Source: Deferribacterales bacterium (GTDB lineage: Bacteria > Chrysiogenota > Deferribacteres > Deferribacterales > Geovibrionaceae). From it: DNA of 64,000 nt. The notes beneath the pieces were generated by a model. It was not told the origin of the DNA, ran no database searches, and saw only the letters and a program-made list of their open reading frames with translations. A program made the translations under genes and the position numbers. The stretch is from positions 192,001 to 256,000 of the forward strand of contig JBFWJS010000002.1 of NCBI GenBank assembly GCA_050253075.1, written 5' to 3'. Shown one piece after another: positions 49,713 to 59,932 of this stretch; within the stretch, counting starts at the first letter, position 1, and each line of letters starts with the position of its first letter.

Positions 49713-50591
49713 TTATGCTTTGAGAATGTCTGTGATCTGGCGGTAGATTTCCGCTGTGTTCGCCACTATCTCGTCAGGAAGCACAGGGCCGGGGGCTGTT
49801 TTGTCCCAGTCGAGTGTCTCGAGGTAGTTTCTGACAACCTGCTTGTCCATGGACTGCTGAGGCTTGCCCGGCTCATATTTATCTTTAAACCAGAATCTGG
49901 ATGAGTCAGGTGTGAGAACTTCGTCGATGAGGATGATCTCACCGTCGAGCTCGCCGAACTCAAACTTTGTATCTGCAATGATAATGCCTTTCTTATCAGC
50001 GATATCTCTTGCTGTTTCGTATATTTTGATTGTTAGCTCTTTCAGTTTGTCAGCTTTTGCCTGACCAATGATCTCTGCCATCTTTTCGAAAGAGATGTTC
50101 TCGTCGTGGTCGCCCACTTCAGCTTTAGTAGCCGGCGTAAAGAGTGTCTCAGGCATACGCTCAGAGTCAACGAGCCCTGCAGGGAGCTTGATACCGCATA
50201 CAGCGCCTGTCTTCTGATAGTCTTTCCATCCTGAGCCTGTGATGTAGCCTCTTGCCACACACTCAACAGGGAAAGGCTGACACTTGTGAACCAGCATAGA
50301 GCGTCCTTCGAGCTGAGCTTTGTATTTCTGACAAACCTCAGGCATTTCGTCGATGTCTGCTGTGATTATGTGGTTTCTCACGATGTGTTTTGTCTGCTCG
50401 AACCAGAAGAGAGCTATCTCTGTAAGGATCTTGCCCTTTCCGGGAACGCCGTTAGGCAGGATAACGTCAAAAGCCGAAAGACGGTCTGTTGTCACGATGA
50501 GCATTTTATCGTCAAAGTCGTAGATGTCTCTTACTTTACCTCTGGCGATGAGCTTCATGTCTGCAAATTCTGTCTTTAAAACTGTTTCCAT
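49713..50591 (-). CDS. purC: SAICAR synthase
   Basis: [34 protein letters not shown] and [12 protein letters not shown]. Confidence 0.97.
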   Translation of the reverse strand: METVLKTEFADMKLIARGKVRDIYDFDDKMLIVTTDRLSAFDVILPNGVPGKGKILTEIALFWFEQTKHIVRNHIITADIDEMPEVCQKYKAQLEGRSMLVHKCQPFPVECVARGYITGSGWKDYQKTGAVCGIKLPAGLVDSERMPETLFTPATKAEVGDHDENISFEKMAEIIGQAKADKLKELTIKIYETARDIADKKGIIIADTKFEFGELDGEIILIDEVLTPDSSRFWFKDKYEPGKPQQSMDKQVVRNYLETLDWDKTAPGPVLPDEIVANTAEIYRQITDILKA

Positions 50592-50619
50592 CTTATATAT
50601 ACCTCTAAAATGAATAGGA

Positions 50620-50752
50620 AGTCATCCTGAGCAGTATTGCGAAGGGTCTTAACCCGCTATACCGTCATACTGATCATTCCAATATTGAATTACATTTTAA
50701 TTATTCTTCTCTCACAGCATTGCAGATTCTTCGGCAGAGCCTCAGAATGACT
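50620..50752. repeat. CGTC-type REP-like doublet
   Basis: AGTC-ATCCT-gagcagtattgcga-AGGGT-CT (50620-50649) and inverted AGTC-ATTCT-gaggctctgccga-AGAAT-CT (50724-50752). Confidence 0.8.
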
Positions 50753-50761
50753 GTAAGTTTT

Positions 50762-52411
50762 TTATAGTCGTTTTAATCTTTCGTATGCTTCGACACCGCC
50801 TGTGACATTGTATGCCTCGAATCCGAAGTTTCTGAGACTGCGCACGGCGAGATATCCTCTGAAGCCCACAGCACAATATACATAAACAGGACGGGTTTTG
50901 TCTATCAATTCCAGATTTTCTCTCAATTCGTTAACAAAAATATTTACTGCGCCTTCCACACGATAGTTTTCAAACTCTTCGGGTCTGCGCACGTCGATGA
51001 TCTGTATATCCGCATTTTTCCTAACCTGCTCCAGCAGCCATTCGGGCTTCACGGTGAAGCCTGAGCCACGCAGCATGTTGCTGGCGACGAATCCCGCTAT
51101 GTTCAGATTGTCCTTTGCAGATGCGAAAGGCGGAGCATAGCAAAGCTCCAGATGCTCGAAGTCATAGACTGTCAGCCCTGCGTAGAGAGCCACTGCGGCG
51201 TGGTCGACCTTCTTTTCGACAGTATCGGGACCGCATGCGGAAACACCGAGCAGCTTCCCGCTCTTTTTCTCGAAAACAGTCATCATAAATATATGCCCGT
51301 GTACGGGGAAATAGGATGCTCTGTTCACATCCTCTGTATAAACATAGTCAGCGTCAAAGCCCGCTTCGAGAGCCTGTTTATATGTAAGCCCCGTCTGCGC
51401 CATCACAAATCCGTCAAAGCCGACAACAGCCGAGCCGAGTACGCCTTTGAACTCCATATCTCCGCCTGCCATATTCATGCCTGCGGTTCTGCCCTCACGG
51501 TTTGCCGGTCCTGCGAGGGGGAGCAGACACTTTTTACCTGTGACAAGGTTTACCTTTTCCACAAGGTCGCCTGCTGCGTATATATCCTTCACATTTGTTT
51601 CCATACGGCTGTTCACGGCGACACCGCCCTTCTCACCCAGCTCCACACCGCCTGTGAGGGCAAGGTCTACGGCAGGCTTCACCCCTGTGCACATGATGAC
51701 CATATCGGTCTCCACGACACGTCCGTCGGAGAGGTGCGCTTTTATGCGGTCGCCATTTTCCAGCTTTTTCACAAATGTTTTCACTATCACGTCACAGCCT
51801 GCTTCCGCCATCTTTTCACGAAGGTTCATCGCTACGATAGGCGGGAAGTTCGGCATAACCTCATCCAGAGCCTCGACAACAGTCGGCTTCAGCTCGCAGT
51901 GAAGCATAGCTTCCGCCACCTCTATGCCTATGAATCCTGCTCCGATGATGAGTACGTCTTTCAGCTTGTTGTTTAAGACATATTCCTTAACCCCGTCGGC
52001 ATCCTCTACGGTGCGCATGGTGAAATAAGGGATGTCCTCCACGCCCTCGATAGGCGGGATAAATGTCTTTGCCCCTACGGCGAGGAGCAGTTTGTCATAC
52101 GGGCGTTCTACTTCGCCCTTGGATGTTTTCAGCAGGACAGACTTCGCCTTCGGGTCGATGGCTATCGCCTCTGTCTTGGTCAAAACATCCGTGTTGAACC
52201 TCTTGCCGAACGACTGCTTTGTGTGCAGCAGTATGCTCGCCCTCTTCTCTATCACTCCGCCTGTATAATATGGCAGTCCGCAGTTTGCGAATGATATATA
52301 TTTACCCTTCTCCACCATAGTGATGTCGAGGTCCTCACGTGTTCTTCTGGCTTTTGCTGCGCCTGTCGCTCCTGCTGCGACACCGCCGATTACAAGTATC
52401 TTTTCAGACAT
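50762..52411 (-). CDS. CoA-disulfide/persulfide reductase with C-terminal rhodanese domain (CoADR-RHD)
   Basis: GGVAAG, SFANCGLPY, GAGFIG, YAAGD and YAPPF; rhodanese IIDVRRPEEF...VYCAVGFRG. Confidence 0.93.
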   Translation of the reverse strand: MSEKILVIGGVAAGATGAAKARRTREDLDITMVEKGKYISFANCGLPYYTGGVIEKRASILLHTKQSFGKRFNTDVLTKTEAIAIDPKAKSVLLKTSKGEVERPYDKLLLAVGAKTFIPPIEGVEDIPYFTMRTVEDADGVKEYVLNNKLKDVLIIGAGFIGIEVAEAMLHCELKPTVVEALDEVMPNFPPIVAMNLREKMAEAGCDVIVKTFVKKLENGDRIKAHLSDGRVVETDMVIMCTGVKPAVDLALTGGVELGEKGGVAVNSRMETNVKDIYAAGDLVEKVNLVTGKKCLLPLAGPANREGRTAGMNMAGGDMEFKGVLGSAVVGFDGFVMAQTGLTYKQALEAGFDADYVYTEDVNRASYFPVHGHIFMMTVFEKKSGKLLGVSACGPDTVEKKVDHAAVALYAGLTVYDFEHLELCYAPPFASAKDNLNIAGFVASNMLRGSGFTVKPEWLLEQVRKNADIQIIDVRRPEEFENYRVEGAVNIFVNELRENLELIDKTRPVYVYCAVGFRGYLAVRSLRNFGFEAYNVTGGVEAYERLKRL

Positions 52412-53672
52412 TTACAATATCCCCCTTCAGACTTCCGTCTTTATAAGCATAGGTTATTAATACATCCAAAAACCTTCCGGGTTCAACATCTTCTTTGAAG
52501 CGAACTGTGAAATAGTTGTCGGTGATACCTGTATTGTCTTTTTGTGTTAATACTTTAAAAATTTTGCCTATACATTTACCTGCGGCCTTTTCTTTCAGCT
52601 TATCGCCGAGGGCTCTGAGCTCTCTGGAGCGTTCGGATTTCACCTTCTGGGGTGTCTTATTCTCCATCGTGCTCGCCTTTGTGCCTGATCTGTCGGAATA
52701 TGAAAAGACGTGCAGATGCTCCAGACCGGAGCGTCTCACTGTGGAGACCGTCTCAGCGAAGTGTATGTCTGTCTCGCCGGGGAAGCCGACTATGACATCC
52801 GCACCGAGGGTGCAGTCGGGGACTTTATCTTTCAGCTTTTTCAGCTTTGCCACATATTCTTCCGATGTATATTTACGGTTCATCATGCGGAGGGTGTGTG
52901 TGCTGCCGCTCTGGAGAGGTATATGGTAATGACGGCATATCCTGTCGGTATTATCCGCAAGGAGGTCTATCATCCTGTCGGTGAGCTCGTTCAGCTCTAT
53001 GGATGTGAGGCGCACACGGAAATCTCCGTCGAGGGCGATCATCTTCTCTATCAGCCCAGCGAGGTCGATGTCTCCGTTCAGGTCTGAGCCGTATTTACCA
53101 ACATGTATCCCCACGGGGACTATCTCTTTATACCCTGCATCGACGAGGTTCTTCACCTCTTTCAGTATGGAGTCCTCCGCACGGCTGACGGGCAGCCCTC
53201 GGAGCGAAGGGATAATGCAGTAGGCACAATTGCTGTCGCATCCGTCCTGTATCTTTACAAAGGCTCTGGTGCGGGTCGCCATGGACATGTTCTCCGCATC
53301 GATAAAGCCGTGGCTCTCAAATATACTGTTCAGGTGGTCTGTCTCTTTCACGATGTTTTCGAGGATGTTCATCTTCCCCGAGTTGGTCACGACGATATCT
53401 GCACCCAGTTCCTTCAGCCTGTCCTTATCCTTTTCTGCTGCACAGCCTGTCACTGCGATCTTTACGTTTGGGTTAAGATTTTTGGCTTTACGCACCATGG
53501 AATGGAATTTTTTTTCGGCTCTTTCTGTGACGGCACAGGTGTTGTAGATAATGAGTTCTGCGTTGTCTGCGTTGTCGACAAGTTCTAAATTGTAAAATTT
53601 TAATTCATTAACAATTTTTTCACTTTCTACTTGATTAACCTTACACCCGAATGTATAAATGTAAGTATGCAT
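52404..53672 (-). CDS. mtaB: tRNA t6A37 methylthiotransferase
   Basis: TFGCKVNQ.ES, NTCAVT, TGC, RTRAFVKIQDGCDSNCAYC and HVFSYSDR.GT. Confidence 0.9.
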   Translation of the reverse strand: MHTYIYTFGCKVNQVESEKIVNELKFYNLELVDNADNAELIIYNTCAVTERAEKKFHSMVRKAKNLNPNVKIAVTGCAAEKDKDRLKELGADIVVTNSGKMNILENIVKETDHLNSIFESHGFIDAENMSMATRTRAFVKIQDGCDSNCAYCIIPSLRGLPVSRAEDSILKEVKNLVDAGYKEIVPVGIHVGKYGSDLNGDIDLAGLIEKMIALDGDFRVRLTSIELNELTDRMIDLLADNTDRICRHYHIPLQSGSTHTLRMMNRKYTSEEYVAKLKKLKDKVPDCTLGADVIVGFPGETDIHFAETVSTVRRSGLEHLHVFSYSDRSGTKASTMENKTPQKVKSERSRELRALGDKLKEKAAGKCIGKIFKVLTQKDNTGITDNYFTVRFKEDVEPGRFLDVLITYAYKDGSLKGDIVNV

Positions 53673-53806
53673 TTTTGACTATATATCCTCAGTAGGTTTT
53701 ACTAAAAGAAGGGCATTCTTTCTAAGAAAGTTTGCCCTTTTTTAATTTTCATGTTCTTGGAATATATCCGATTTACTTAAAAAGTGAAGTGTTATATTAT
53801 TAGTGT

Positions 53807-54292
53807 ATGAATTTTAAGAAACTTTTACCATCGCTAAACAAAATTATAGTTCTTTTGTTCATTTTCCTCATCATACTCATCGTCTCCATAATGCTGTACA
53901 CATACGGCGGGGGGCTGAAATCTCTCATCACCCAATCCAGCAGGCCTACTGATGCATTCAGAGACTATGACGTTGTTAAGAACTTCGGCGGAGGAGTATT
54001 CAATGTCGAATTCCGAGACCTGATCGCAGGTGCGGGAGGTATGCAAAAGCGCTATTACAGATATGATCTGACCATTCAGACACAGGACAAAAGAAGCGCA
54101 GAGGACATGATAGACGAGCGTAAAAAGGTCGTGGCTATCATAAATCAGGTGATGGGCACCTTCCCTCCGGAAGAGATGAACACAGAGGCCGAGCGCAGCA
54201 GAGTTAAAACAATAATACAATCAGAAGTTACGAAGTATTACCCTAACATGCTGGTAAAGGATATATATTTCACAAACTTCCTATACGACTAA
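53807..54292 (+). CDS. fliL: Flagellar basal body-associated FliL family protein
   Basis: Single N-terminal TM helix; C-terminal VKDIYFTNFL motif. Confidence 0.7.
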   Translation: MNFKKLLPSLNKIIVLLFIFLIILIVSIMLYTYGGGLKSLITQSSRPTDAFRDYDVVKNFGGGVFNVEFRDLIAGAGGMQKRYYRYDLTIQTQDKRSAEDMIDERKKVVAIINQVMGTFPPEEMNTEAERSRVKTIIQSEVTKYYPNMLVKDIYFTNFLYD

Positions 54293-54294
54293 AC

Positions 54295-56886
54295 ATGCAG
54301 ACAGTTGAAAACATTAAAAACTACTATCATTCCACATGGAAAGATATCAAAAGCAACAGACACTCGTACAGCTCTTCGTGGCAGCTGTCTAAAAGACTGA
54401 CAGAGCTCACGGACGAGACAGTATGTAAAGTGTGCGAAATGGCCGCAGAGCAAGCGGGCAAGGTCGACGGCATAGCCGTGCTGGCACTCGGCGGATACGC
54501 CAGAGAGCAGATGGCTCCGCATTCCGACATAGACATCCTCATCCTGCACAGGGGCAGAGCCTCGAAAAAGCAGGAGGAGTTCATGAACGCCTTCACCACC
54601 TTCATGTGGGACATAGGCACCAACCCTGGCATACAGATAAAAGGACTTAAAGACGTCGCAAAGGCAGCTATGGAGGATGAGGTCGTCAGGACATCATTCA
54701 TAGACCACAGGTTCCTTTACGGCTCTAAAAAGGACTATGACGCATACCTCAAGATCATCAACGAAAAGGTGATGGAGAAAGGTAAGGAAGAGTTCCTCAT
54801 GATGAAGATAGACGGAGTGCGCAACAGAAACAGCAAATTCCGTGACTCCATCTTCCGCCTTCAGCCGAATATCAAAGAGGGCGCAGGCGGCATCAGAGAC
54901 CTGAACACCATCTCATGGATATGCAAGATACTTTATAAAACAAGCAACCTCGCAGAAACAGTGAAATACAACATCCTTACCCGTGAGGAGTACGACAAGC
55001 TCATGGAGCACAGCGCATTCCTTTTCGCCGTGCGTATGGAGCTGCACTATTTCCACAACAGAAAATACGACGTGATGACTCTGGAAGCACAGATGGAGAT
55101 AGCTCATAACATGGGCTACAGCGGTACCGACAGCGTACAGAGCGTTGAGCTATTCATGCGTGACTACTACATCCGAGCAAAGGACGTGGCGGAGATCACC
55201 AATAAAGTGATCAACCGCACCATGCTGAAACTGCCCGTGAAGAACCTTAATAAAAAGCCTTACATAGCAAAGCTGTCAGACGGATACGCCCAGTATGCAA
55301 ACACGCTGACAGTGCTTTCGAAAGATATATTCACAGAGAGCCCGAGAAAGCTGATAACAATCTTCTCATACGCTTCCAGACGAGGACTGAAGCTCTCCGA
55401 CAGCACCTGCGACCTCATCAGGGAAAATGTTCACCTGATAGACACAGCATTCATAAACGAATACGGAAAGACATTCCTTAAAACAATAAGCGCATTCCCC
55501 ACATCATTCAGAGTGGTATCCGACATGTATAAATGCCGTGTGCTTCAGGCGATGATACCCGAGTTTGAAGGGCTGGAATGCCGTCCTCAGTTCGACTATT
55601 ACCACCACTATACGGTGGACGAGCATACAATACTCGCACTCAGCTACATAGACAACATAGCGTCCAGCATACCGCCTTCGCTGAATACATATCAGGAAGC
55701 TCTGCTCGGCATGGAGCGTAAAGACCTGCTGGCGCTCTCTATCCTCCTGCACGACATAGGCAAGGGACAGGGGAAGAACCACAGTCTGCTAGGTGCGAAG
55801 ATGTCCAGGATAATCTGTAAACGTCTCGACCTGACAATGGACGACACAGACACCGTCTGCAGTCTTGTGGAGCATCACCTTCTGATGAGTCACATCGCCC
55901 AGAGACGAGACCTGCACGACATAGACGTTATAGACCACTTCACATCTTTCCTTAATAACCTCGAGGAGCTGAGACTGCTCTTTCTCCTCACATATGCGGA
56001 CATGAACGCAGTGGGCGGAGCGACTTTCAACGAGTGGAAGAATAACCTGCTGAAAGAGCTCTACAGCAAATCTGTATCCGCAATAGTAAACGAAAGCCTG
56101 ATAGACGAGTTCGAAGATGTCATCAGACGACGCAGGCAGAAGATAGCCGAAAGATGTAAAAACATGCCCGACATACAGGCAATGGCAGACACCATCGACG
56201 ACGAATACCTTTATTCCACAAAGGCTTTCCTGCTGATACGCTACCTGCTTCTGGCGGAGGCTGTACACACTGATAACGACATTGTTGTCGAGATAGACGC
56301 CAGAGAAGAGATGGACAGCATAGAGGTCATCGTCTGCGCAAAGGACAGGGGCGGACTGCTCAGCGACATATGCGGAGCCCTCTCATCACTCACTTACAAC
56401 ATCAAATGGGCGAAGATCTACACCATGGAAAATGATGTGACAATAGACAACATCATAATAGACAACCCCTTCCCCGGACGTAAGATGCCCGATGATAAAA
56501 GAGAAACACTCAAAAACCGCATCATCAGCACCATAAAAGACGGCAGAGACATCGAACGCCAGATAACCCAGACAGGCAGCCCTTTCAAAGGTCCGATGCC
56601 TGTATTTGCAAAAAAAGACAAAATCGTGTTCGACAACGATATTTCTTCGAATTACACTGTAATAGATATATATACAAAAGACAGGATAGGACTGCTCCAC
56701 GATATTTTATGCACTTTCAACAATCTGGAGCTGAACGTATCCAAGGCGAAGATATCTACTGACATCGACAGGGTCGTAGATTCATTCTATCTCCTGGACA
56801 AGGATGGTCAGAAGATAACAGATCAGAAGGTTCTCGACACCATCAGAGAGGAGCTGTTTAAAAATATTGAAGCCGATACTGTATAA
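54295..56886 (+). CDS. glnD: [Protein-PII] uridylyltransferase/uridylyl-removing enzyme
   Basis: ALGGYAR...PHSDIDIL, PNIKEGAGGIRD, HHYTVDEH, LLHDIGKG and two ACT domains (DRGGLL, DRIGLL). Confidence 0.96.
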   Translation: MQTVENIKNYYHSTWKDIKSNRHSYSSSWQLSKRLTELTDETVCKVCEMAAEQAGKVDGIAVLALGGYAREQMAPHSDIDILILHRGRASKKQEEFMNAFTTFMWDIGTNPGIQIKGLKDVAKAAMEDEVVRTSFIDHRFLYGSKKDYDAYLKIINEKVMEKGKEEFLMMKIDGVRNRNSKFRDSIFRLQPNIKEGAGGIRDLNTISWICKILYKTSNLAETVKYNILTREEYDKLMEHSAFLFAVRMELHYFHNRKYDVMTLEAQMEIAHNMGYSGTDSVQSVELFMRDYYIRAKDVAEITNKVINRTMLKLPVKNLNKKPYIAKLSDGYAQYANTLTVLSKDIFTESPRKLITIFSYASRRGLKLSDSTCDLIRENVHLIDTAFINEYGKTFLKTISAFPTSFRVVSDMYKCRVLQAMIPEFEGLECRPQFDYYHHYTVDEHTILALSYIDNIASSIPPSLNTYQEALLGMERKDLLALSILLHDIGKGQGKNHSLLGAKMSRIICKRLDLTMDDTDTVCSLVEHHLLMSHIAQRRDLHDIDVIDHFTSFLNNLEELRLLFLLTYADMNAVGGATFNEWKNNLLKELYSKSVSAIVNESLIDEFEDVIRRRRQKIAERCKNMPDIQAMADTIDDEYLYSTKAFLLIRYLLLAEAVHTDNDIVVEIDAREEMDSIEVIVCAKDRGGLLSDICGALSSLTYNIKWAKIYTMENDVTIDNIIIDNPFPGRKMPDDKRETLKNRIISTIKDGRDIERQITQTGSPFKGPMPVFAKKDKIVFDNDISSNYTVIDIYTKDRIGLLHDILCTFNNLELNVSKAKISTDIDRVVDSFYLLDKDGQKITDQKVLDTIREELFKNIEADTV

Positions 56887-58306
56887 AAAGCTGTTCAGTC
56901 ACCCTGAGCTGGATTCCATGCTGGGGGAGTGCTTCAGCTTTACAAAAAACATCAATGACGCAGATGTTATCATCACAGACAGTTCGGACATGCTCAAAGA
57001 GGCGAGGCTCAACATTATCATCACCTCAGAGATACCTGAGAATAACGTCAGTATCTCGCCCGAGCTAGACCCTATCGGTATGCTGGAATCCATCAAGCTC
57101 GCCGTAAAGACCTATTCCATATCACCCAGAATAGACAAGATATCCATGTTGCAGGAGCAGAACGCTCTGCTCAGCGAAGCGAATAAAGGACTGGTGGAGC
57201 TGTATAATCTAATCGATAATAAAAACCATCAGATAGAATTCCTCAAAAACAAACTGGAAAACATTATCAACTCCGCAGGGGAAAGCATTGTCGAGATAAA
57301 TACCGAAAGTGTGATCACCTATGCGAATAAAAAGTACGAAGACACCACAGGCTTTAACCATGAGATGTGGAAAGACATGAACTTCATGGAGCAGGTACAC
57401 CCCGACAACAGGGAAGAGTATCTCCATGCGCTGAACATCGTCACAAAGGAGAAGACTGCAAACCTCCAGATGAAGCTGAAAGCGGCAAACGGCGCATTCA
57501 TAACCGTGAATGCCTATATCACCGTCGTGCAGAACTCTATCGTACATTACGAGATAATCTTCGAGGACATCAGCAAGAAACTGCTCATCGAACAGCACAT
57601 GAAAAAGCTGGAGGAGAAGGCCATTGTCGCCGGATTTTCCAGACATCTGTCACACAACATCCTCAATGCGCTCACTGTCGCCGCGGGATTCCTGCGGAAG
57701 ATAAAGCAGGAGGTCTGCATAACAGACTCTCTCGGGCATAAATGGGGGATAGTGGAACAGAAATGCAAGCTGATCGAAGAGATCGTCACGGGGTATAACG
57801 ACTATACCAACGCCATATCTATGCAGACGGAGGAGACTTTCGACCTTGCCGAATTTGTCTCGCAGCTCGCAAACGAGATATCCGAAAAGACCTTCAGCAA
57901 GAACTTTTCGGCTTTCCTTTACAACTTCCTCGACCAGTACGAGATGTCTGTCAGCAGCAGGTTCAAGGAGCCGTACAGCATCGAGGGGAGCACAATGTTC
58001 CTCAAGATGGCGTTCTGCTACATCCTCAAAGACTCTATCAGATACTTTGACGAATTCACCCCGCTTCATTTCAAATTAGTCACGGAAAACACAGACGGCA
58101 GGCTCACTGTTATGATACAGGTGCCCGATGTGGACGTGCCGTCAGCCATACTCGACACCATGCTCCAGCCGTGGAACCATCAGGTGCTCTCGCAAAGCTT
58201 TGACTACTGGGGCATTGTGATAGCAAACGTCATAATCGAAAAGCACGGCGGAACCATGACTCTCCGCAAAGAACCCGACGGCCTTTCGTATATTATCGAA
58301 TTTTAG
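56867..58306 (+). CDS. PAS-domain histidine-kinase-like protein with degenerate ATP-binding domain
   Basis: Coiled coil, PAS (YAN..YE..TGF, VHPDNR), H-box-like LSHNILNAL and IIEKHGG. The N, G1 and G2 boxes are lost. Confidence 0.75.
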   Translation: MKPILYKKLFSHPELDSMLGECFSFTKNINDADVIITDSSDMLKEARLNIIITSEIPENNVSISPELDPIGMLESIKLAVKTYSISPRIDKISMLQEQNALLSEANKGLVELYNLIDNKNHQIEFLKNKLENIINSAGESIVEINTESVITYANKKYEDTTGFNHEMWKDMNFMEQVHPDNREEYLHALNIVTKEKTANLQMKLKAANGAFITVNAYITVVQNSIVHYEIIFEDISKKLLIEQHMKKLEEKAIVAGFSRHLSHNILNALTVAAGFLRKIKQEVCITDSLGHKWGIVEQKCKLIEEIVTGYNDYTNAISMQTEETFDLAEFVSQLANEISEKTFSKNFSAFLYNFLDQYEMSVSSRFKEPYSIEGSTMFLKMAFCYILKDSIRYFDEFTPLHFKLVTENTDGRLTVMIQVPDVDVPSAILDTMLQPWNHQVLSQSFDYWGIVIANVIIEKHGGTMTLRKEPDGLSYIIEF

Positions 58307-58316
58307 AATATTCTAA
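58303..58316. promoter_or_regulatory. Perfect 14-bp palindrome, candidate operator
   Basis: TTAGAATATTCTAA, about 75 bp upstream of the next start codon. Confidence 0.35.
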
Positions 58317-58391
58317 TATATAAATATATCTCTTGATTCCTTCCCTGCTTTATAGTATTAATTGCTGAAATTATTTTACGGAGGCGATCTA

Positions 58392-59570
58392 ATGGCAATG
58401 GTCAAGGATCTCAAGGAAAACTATACACCTATATATTTCCTCGCGTCTCTTGGTGCGGGCGGTCTCACAGTGTCTTTCTTCATCTACTTCATGTTTATGG
58501 TAGATCATCCAAATACACCTGTGGCCACATTTGACTTCATCTATCCTGTTCTCACAGGCGGGAACCCACTCATATCAGCACTTGTGATATTCACATATGC
58601 GGCTATGGTGTTCTTCTTTTATCTTCACATCAGGCTTCTGGTGTGGAACATCTCCGAGTATAAGAAATTCAAACAGACAACAAAATACCACGAGATGAAA
58701 AACTCACATCAGGCAGTCAGCTTTATGGCTATCCCGCTGACGCTGGCTATGACAGTGAACTGCTCTTTCGCATTCTTCGCTGCCACAGTGCCAAACCTCT
58801 GGAGCATCGTCGAATACCTGCTCCCCGGGGCTATACTGGCGTTTCTCGCCATCGGCGTATACGCCATGAAGATATTCACAGAATATTTCAGCACATTCAT
58901 GATAAAGGGCGAATTCGACTATGCGAAGAATAACAACCTGTCTCAGATGATGGGCATCTTTGCTTTTTCAATGATAGCGGTCGGCTTTGCCGCACCTGCT
59001 GCCATGACACACATAAAGGTCGTTTCTGCCGTGTCGCTCTTCCTTGCCATATTTTTCCTTGTGATGGCTATATCACTGGCGTTTATAAAGATTACGCTCG
59101 GTCTTAAATCCATCTTCCGCTACGGCATCAGCAAGGAAGGCAGCGTGACTCTCTGGATATCCATCCCGATACTCACCATCATAGGCATCACAATGGTGCG
59201 CATGTTCTTCGGTTTGTCGCACAACTGGGACGCACACGGAAACATCTCCGCGCTCTTCGTCTTCACATCCGTCATCCTTTCTTTACAGATAGGCTTCGGC
59301 ATCATAGGCTACATAGTCATGAAGCGCATCGGATATTTCAAAGACTACCTCTACGGTACAGAAAAGAGCGCCAGCGTGTATTCTCTTATATGTCCGGGTG
59401 TTGCGGTGTTTGTTTTCGGTATGTTCTTTATATTCTACGGACTGGTACAGAACGGACTGGTGCAGAGGTTCAGCCCTGCATACTTCATCATCCTGATACC
59501 TTTCACTGCTGTACAGCTTAAGACAGCGTGGACAATGATACAAATAAACAAGAAAATGCTTAAAGCATAG
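58392..59570 (+). CDS. Polytopic membrane protein, probably TsoY family (Cys form)
   Basis: About 10 hydrophobic segments. Y.P.YFLASLGAGGL.VSFF, MAIPLTLAMTVN and LICPGVA resemble the TsoY (seleno)protein family as I recall it. ATG 58392 behind GGAGG. Confidence 0.6.
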   Translation: MAMVKDLKENYTPIYFLASLGAGGLTVSFFIYFMFMVDHPNTPVATFDFIYPVLTGGNPLISALVIFTYAAMVFFFYLHIRLLVWNISEYKKFKQTTKYHEMKNSHQAVSFMAIPLTLAMTVNCSFAFFAATVPNLWSIVEYLLPGAILAFLAIGVYAMKIFTEYFSTFMIKGEFDYAKNNNLSQMMGIFAFSMIAVGFAAPAAMTHIKVVSAVSLFLAIFFLVMAISLAFIKITLGLKSIFRYGISKEGSVTLWISIPILTIIGITMVRMFFGLSHNWDAHGNISALFVFTSVILSLQIGFGIIGYIVMKRIGYFKDYLYGTEKSASVYSLICPGVAVFVFGMFFIFYGLVQNGLVQRFSPAYFIILIPFTAVQLKTAWTMIQINKKMLKA

Positions 59571-59593
59571 TTTCTTTATACAACTCCCAACGT

Positions 59594-59623
59594 AAAAAGG
59601 CGGACTCTGTGTCCGCCTTTTTT
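59594..59623. terminator. Bidirectional intrinsic terminator
   Basis: aaaaaggcggac-tctgt-gtccgccttttt between convergent genes. Confidence 0.88.
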
Positions 59624-59858
59624 ATTCTTGTTTCGAGCCTTCTTTATAACCTTCTTTGAAGTCTTTTACGGCTTCTTTAGTGTCTTCATATCCTTCTTTA
59701 ATGGTGGTTTTTCCTTCTTCATAGGTATCTTTGACAGTGTCTTCCACCTTTTTAACCGTCTCGCCTACTTTCTCTCCGGCATTTTCAGATTTGCTGTCGC
59801 ATCCGGTCAGAGCAAGTGCCAAGACCATCAGCGCGATAGGAATAATTTTAAACTTCAT
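59622..59858 (-). CDS. Small lipoprotein with 11-mer helical repeats
   Basis: Lipobox LTGC; repeats VKDTYEEGKTT / IKEGYEDTKEA / VKDFKEGYKEG; GGAGG RBS. Confidence 0.8.
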   Translation of the reverse strand: MKFKIIPIALMVLALALTGCDSKSENAGEKVGETVKKVEDTVKDTYEEGKTTIKEGYEDTKEAVKDFKEGYKEGSKQE

Positions 59859-59932
59859 AACAATATCCTCCTTGTTGTAAAGAAGTTATAGTTGTTAATA
59901 TAGTAACTATAAAAAATAATGCAAATCCGCCC

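Noticed and set aside
53745..53775. Sigma28 promoter upstream of fliL
   Set aside because: Only a partial -10 (TCCGATTT) is present, with no convincing -35.
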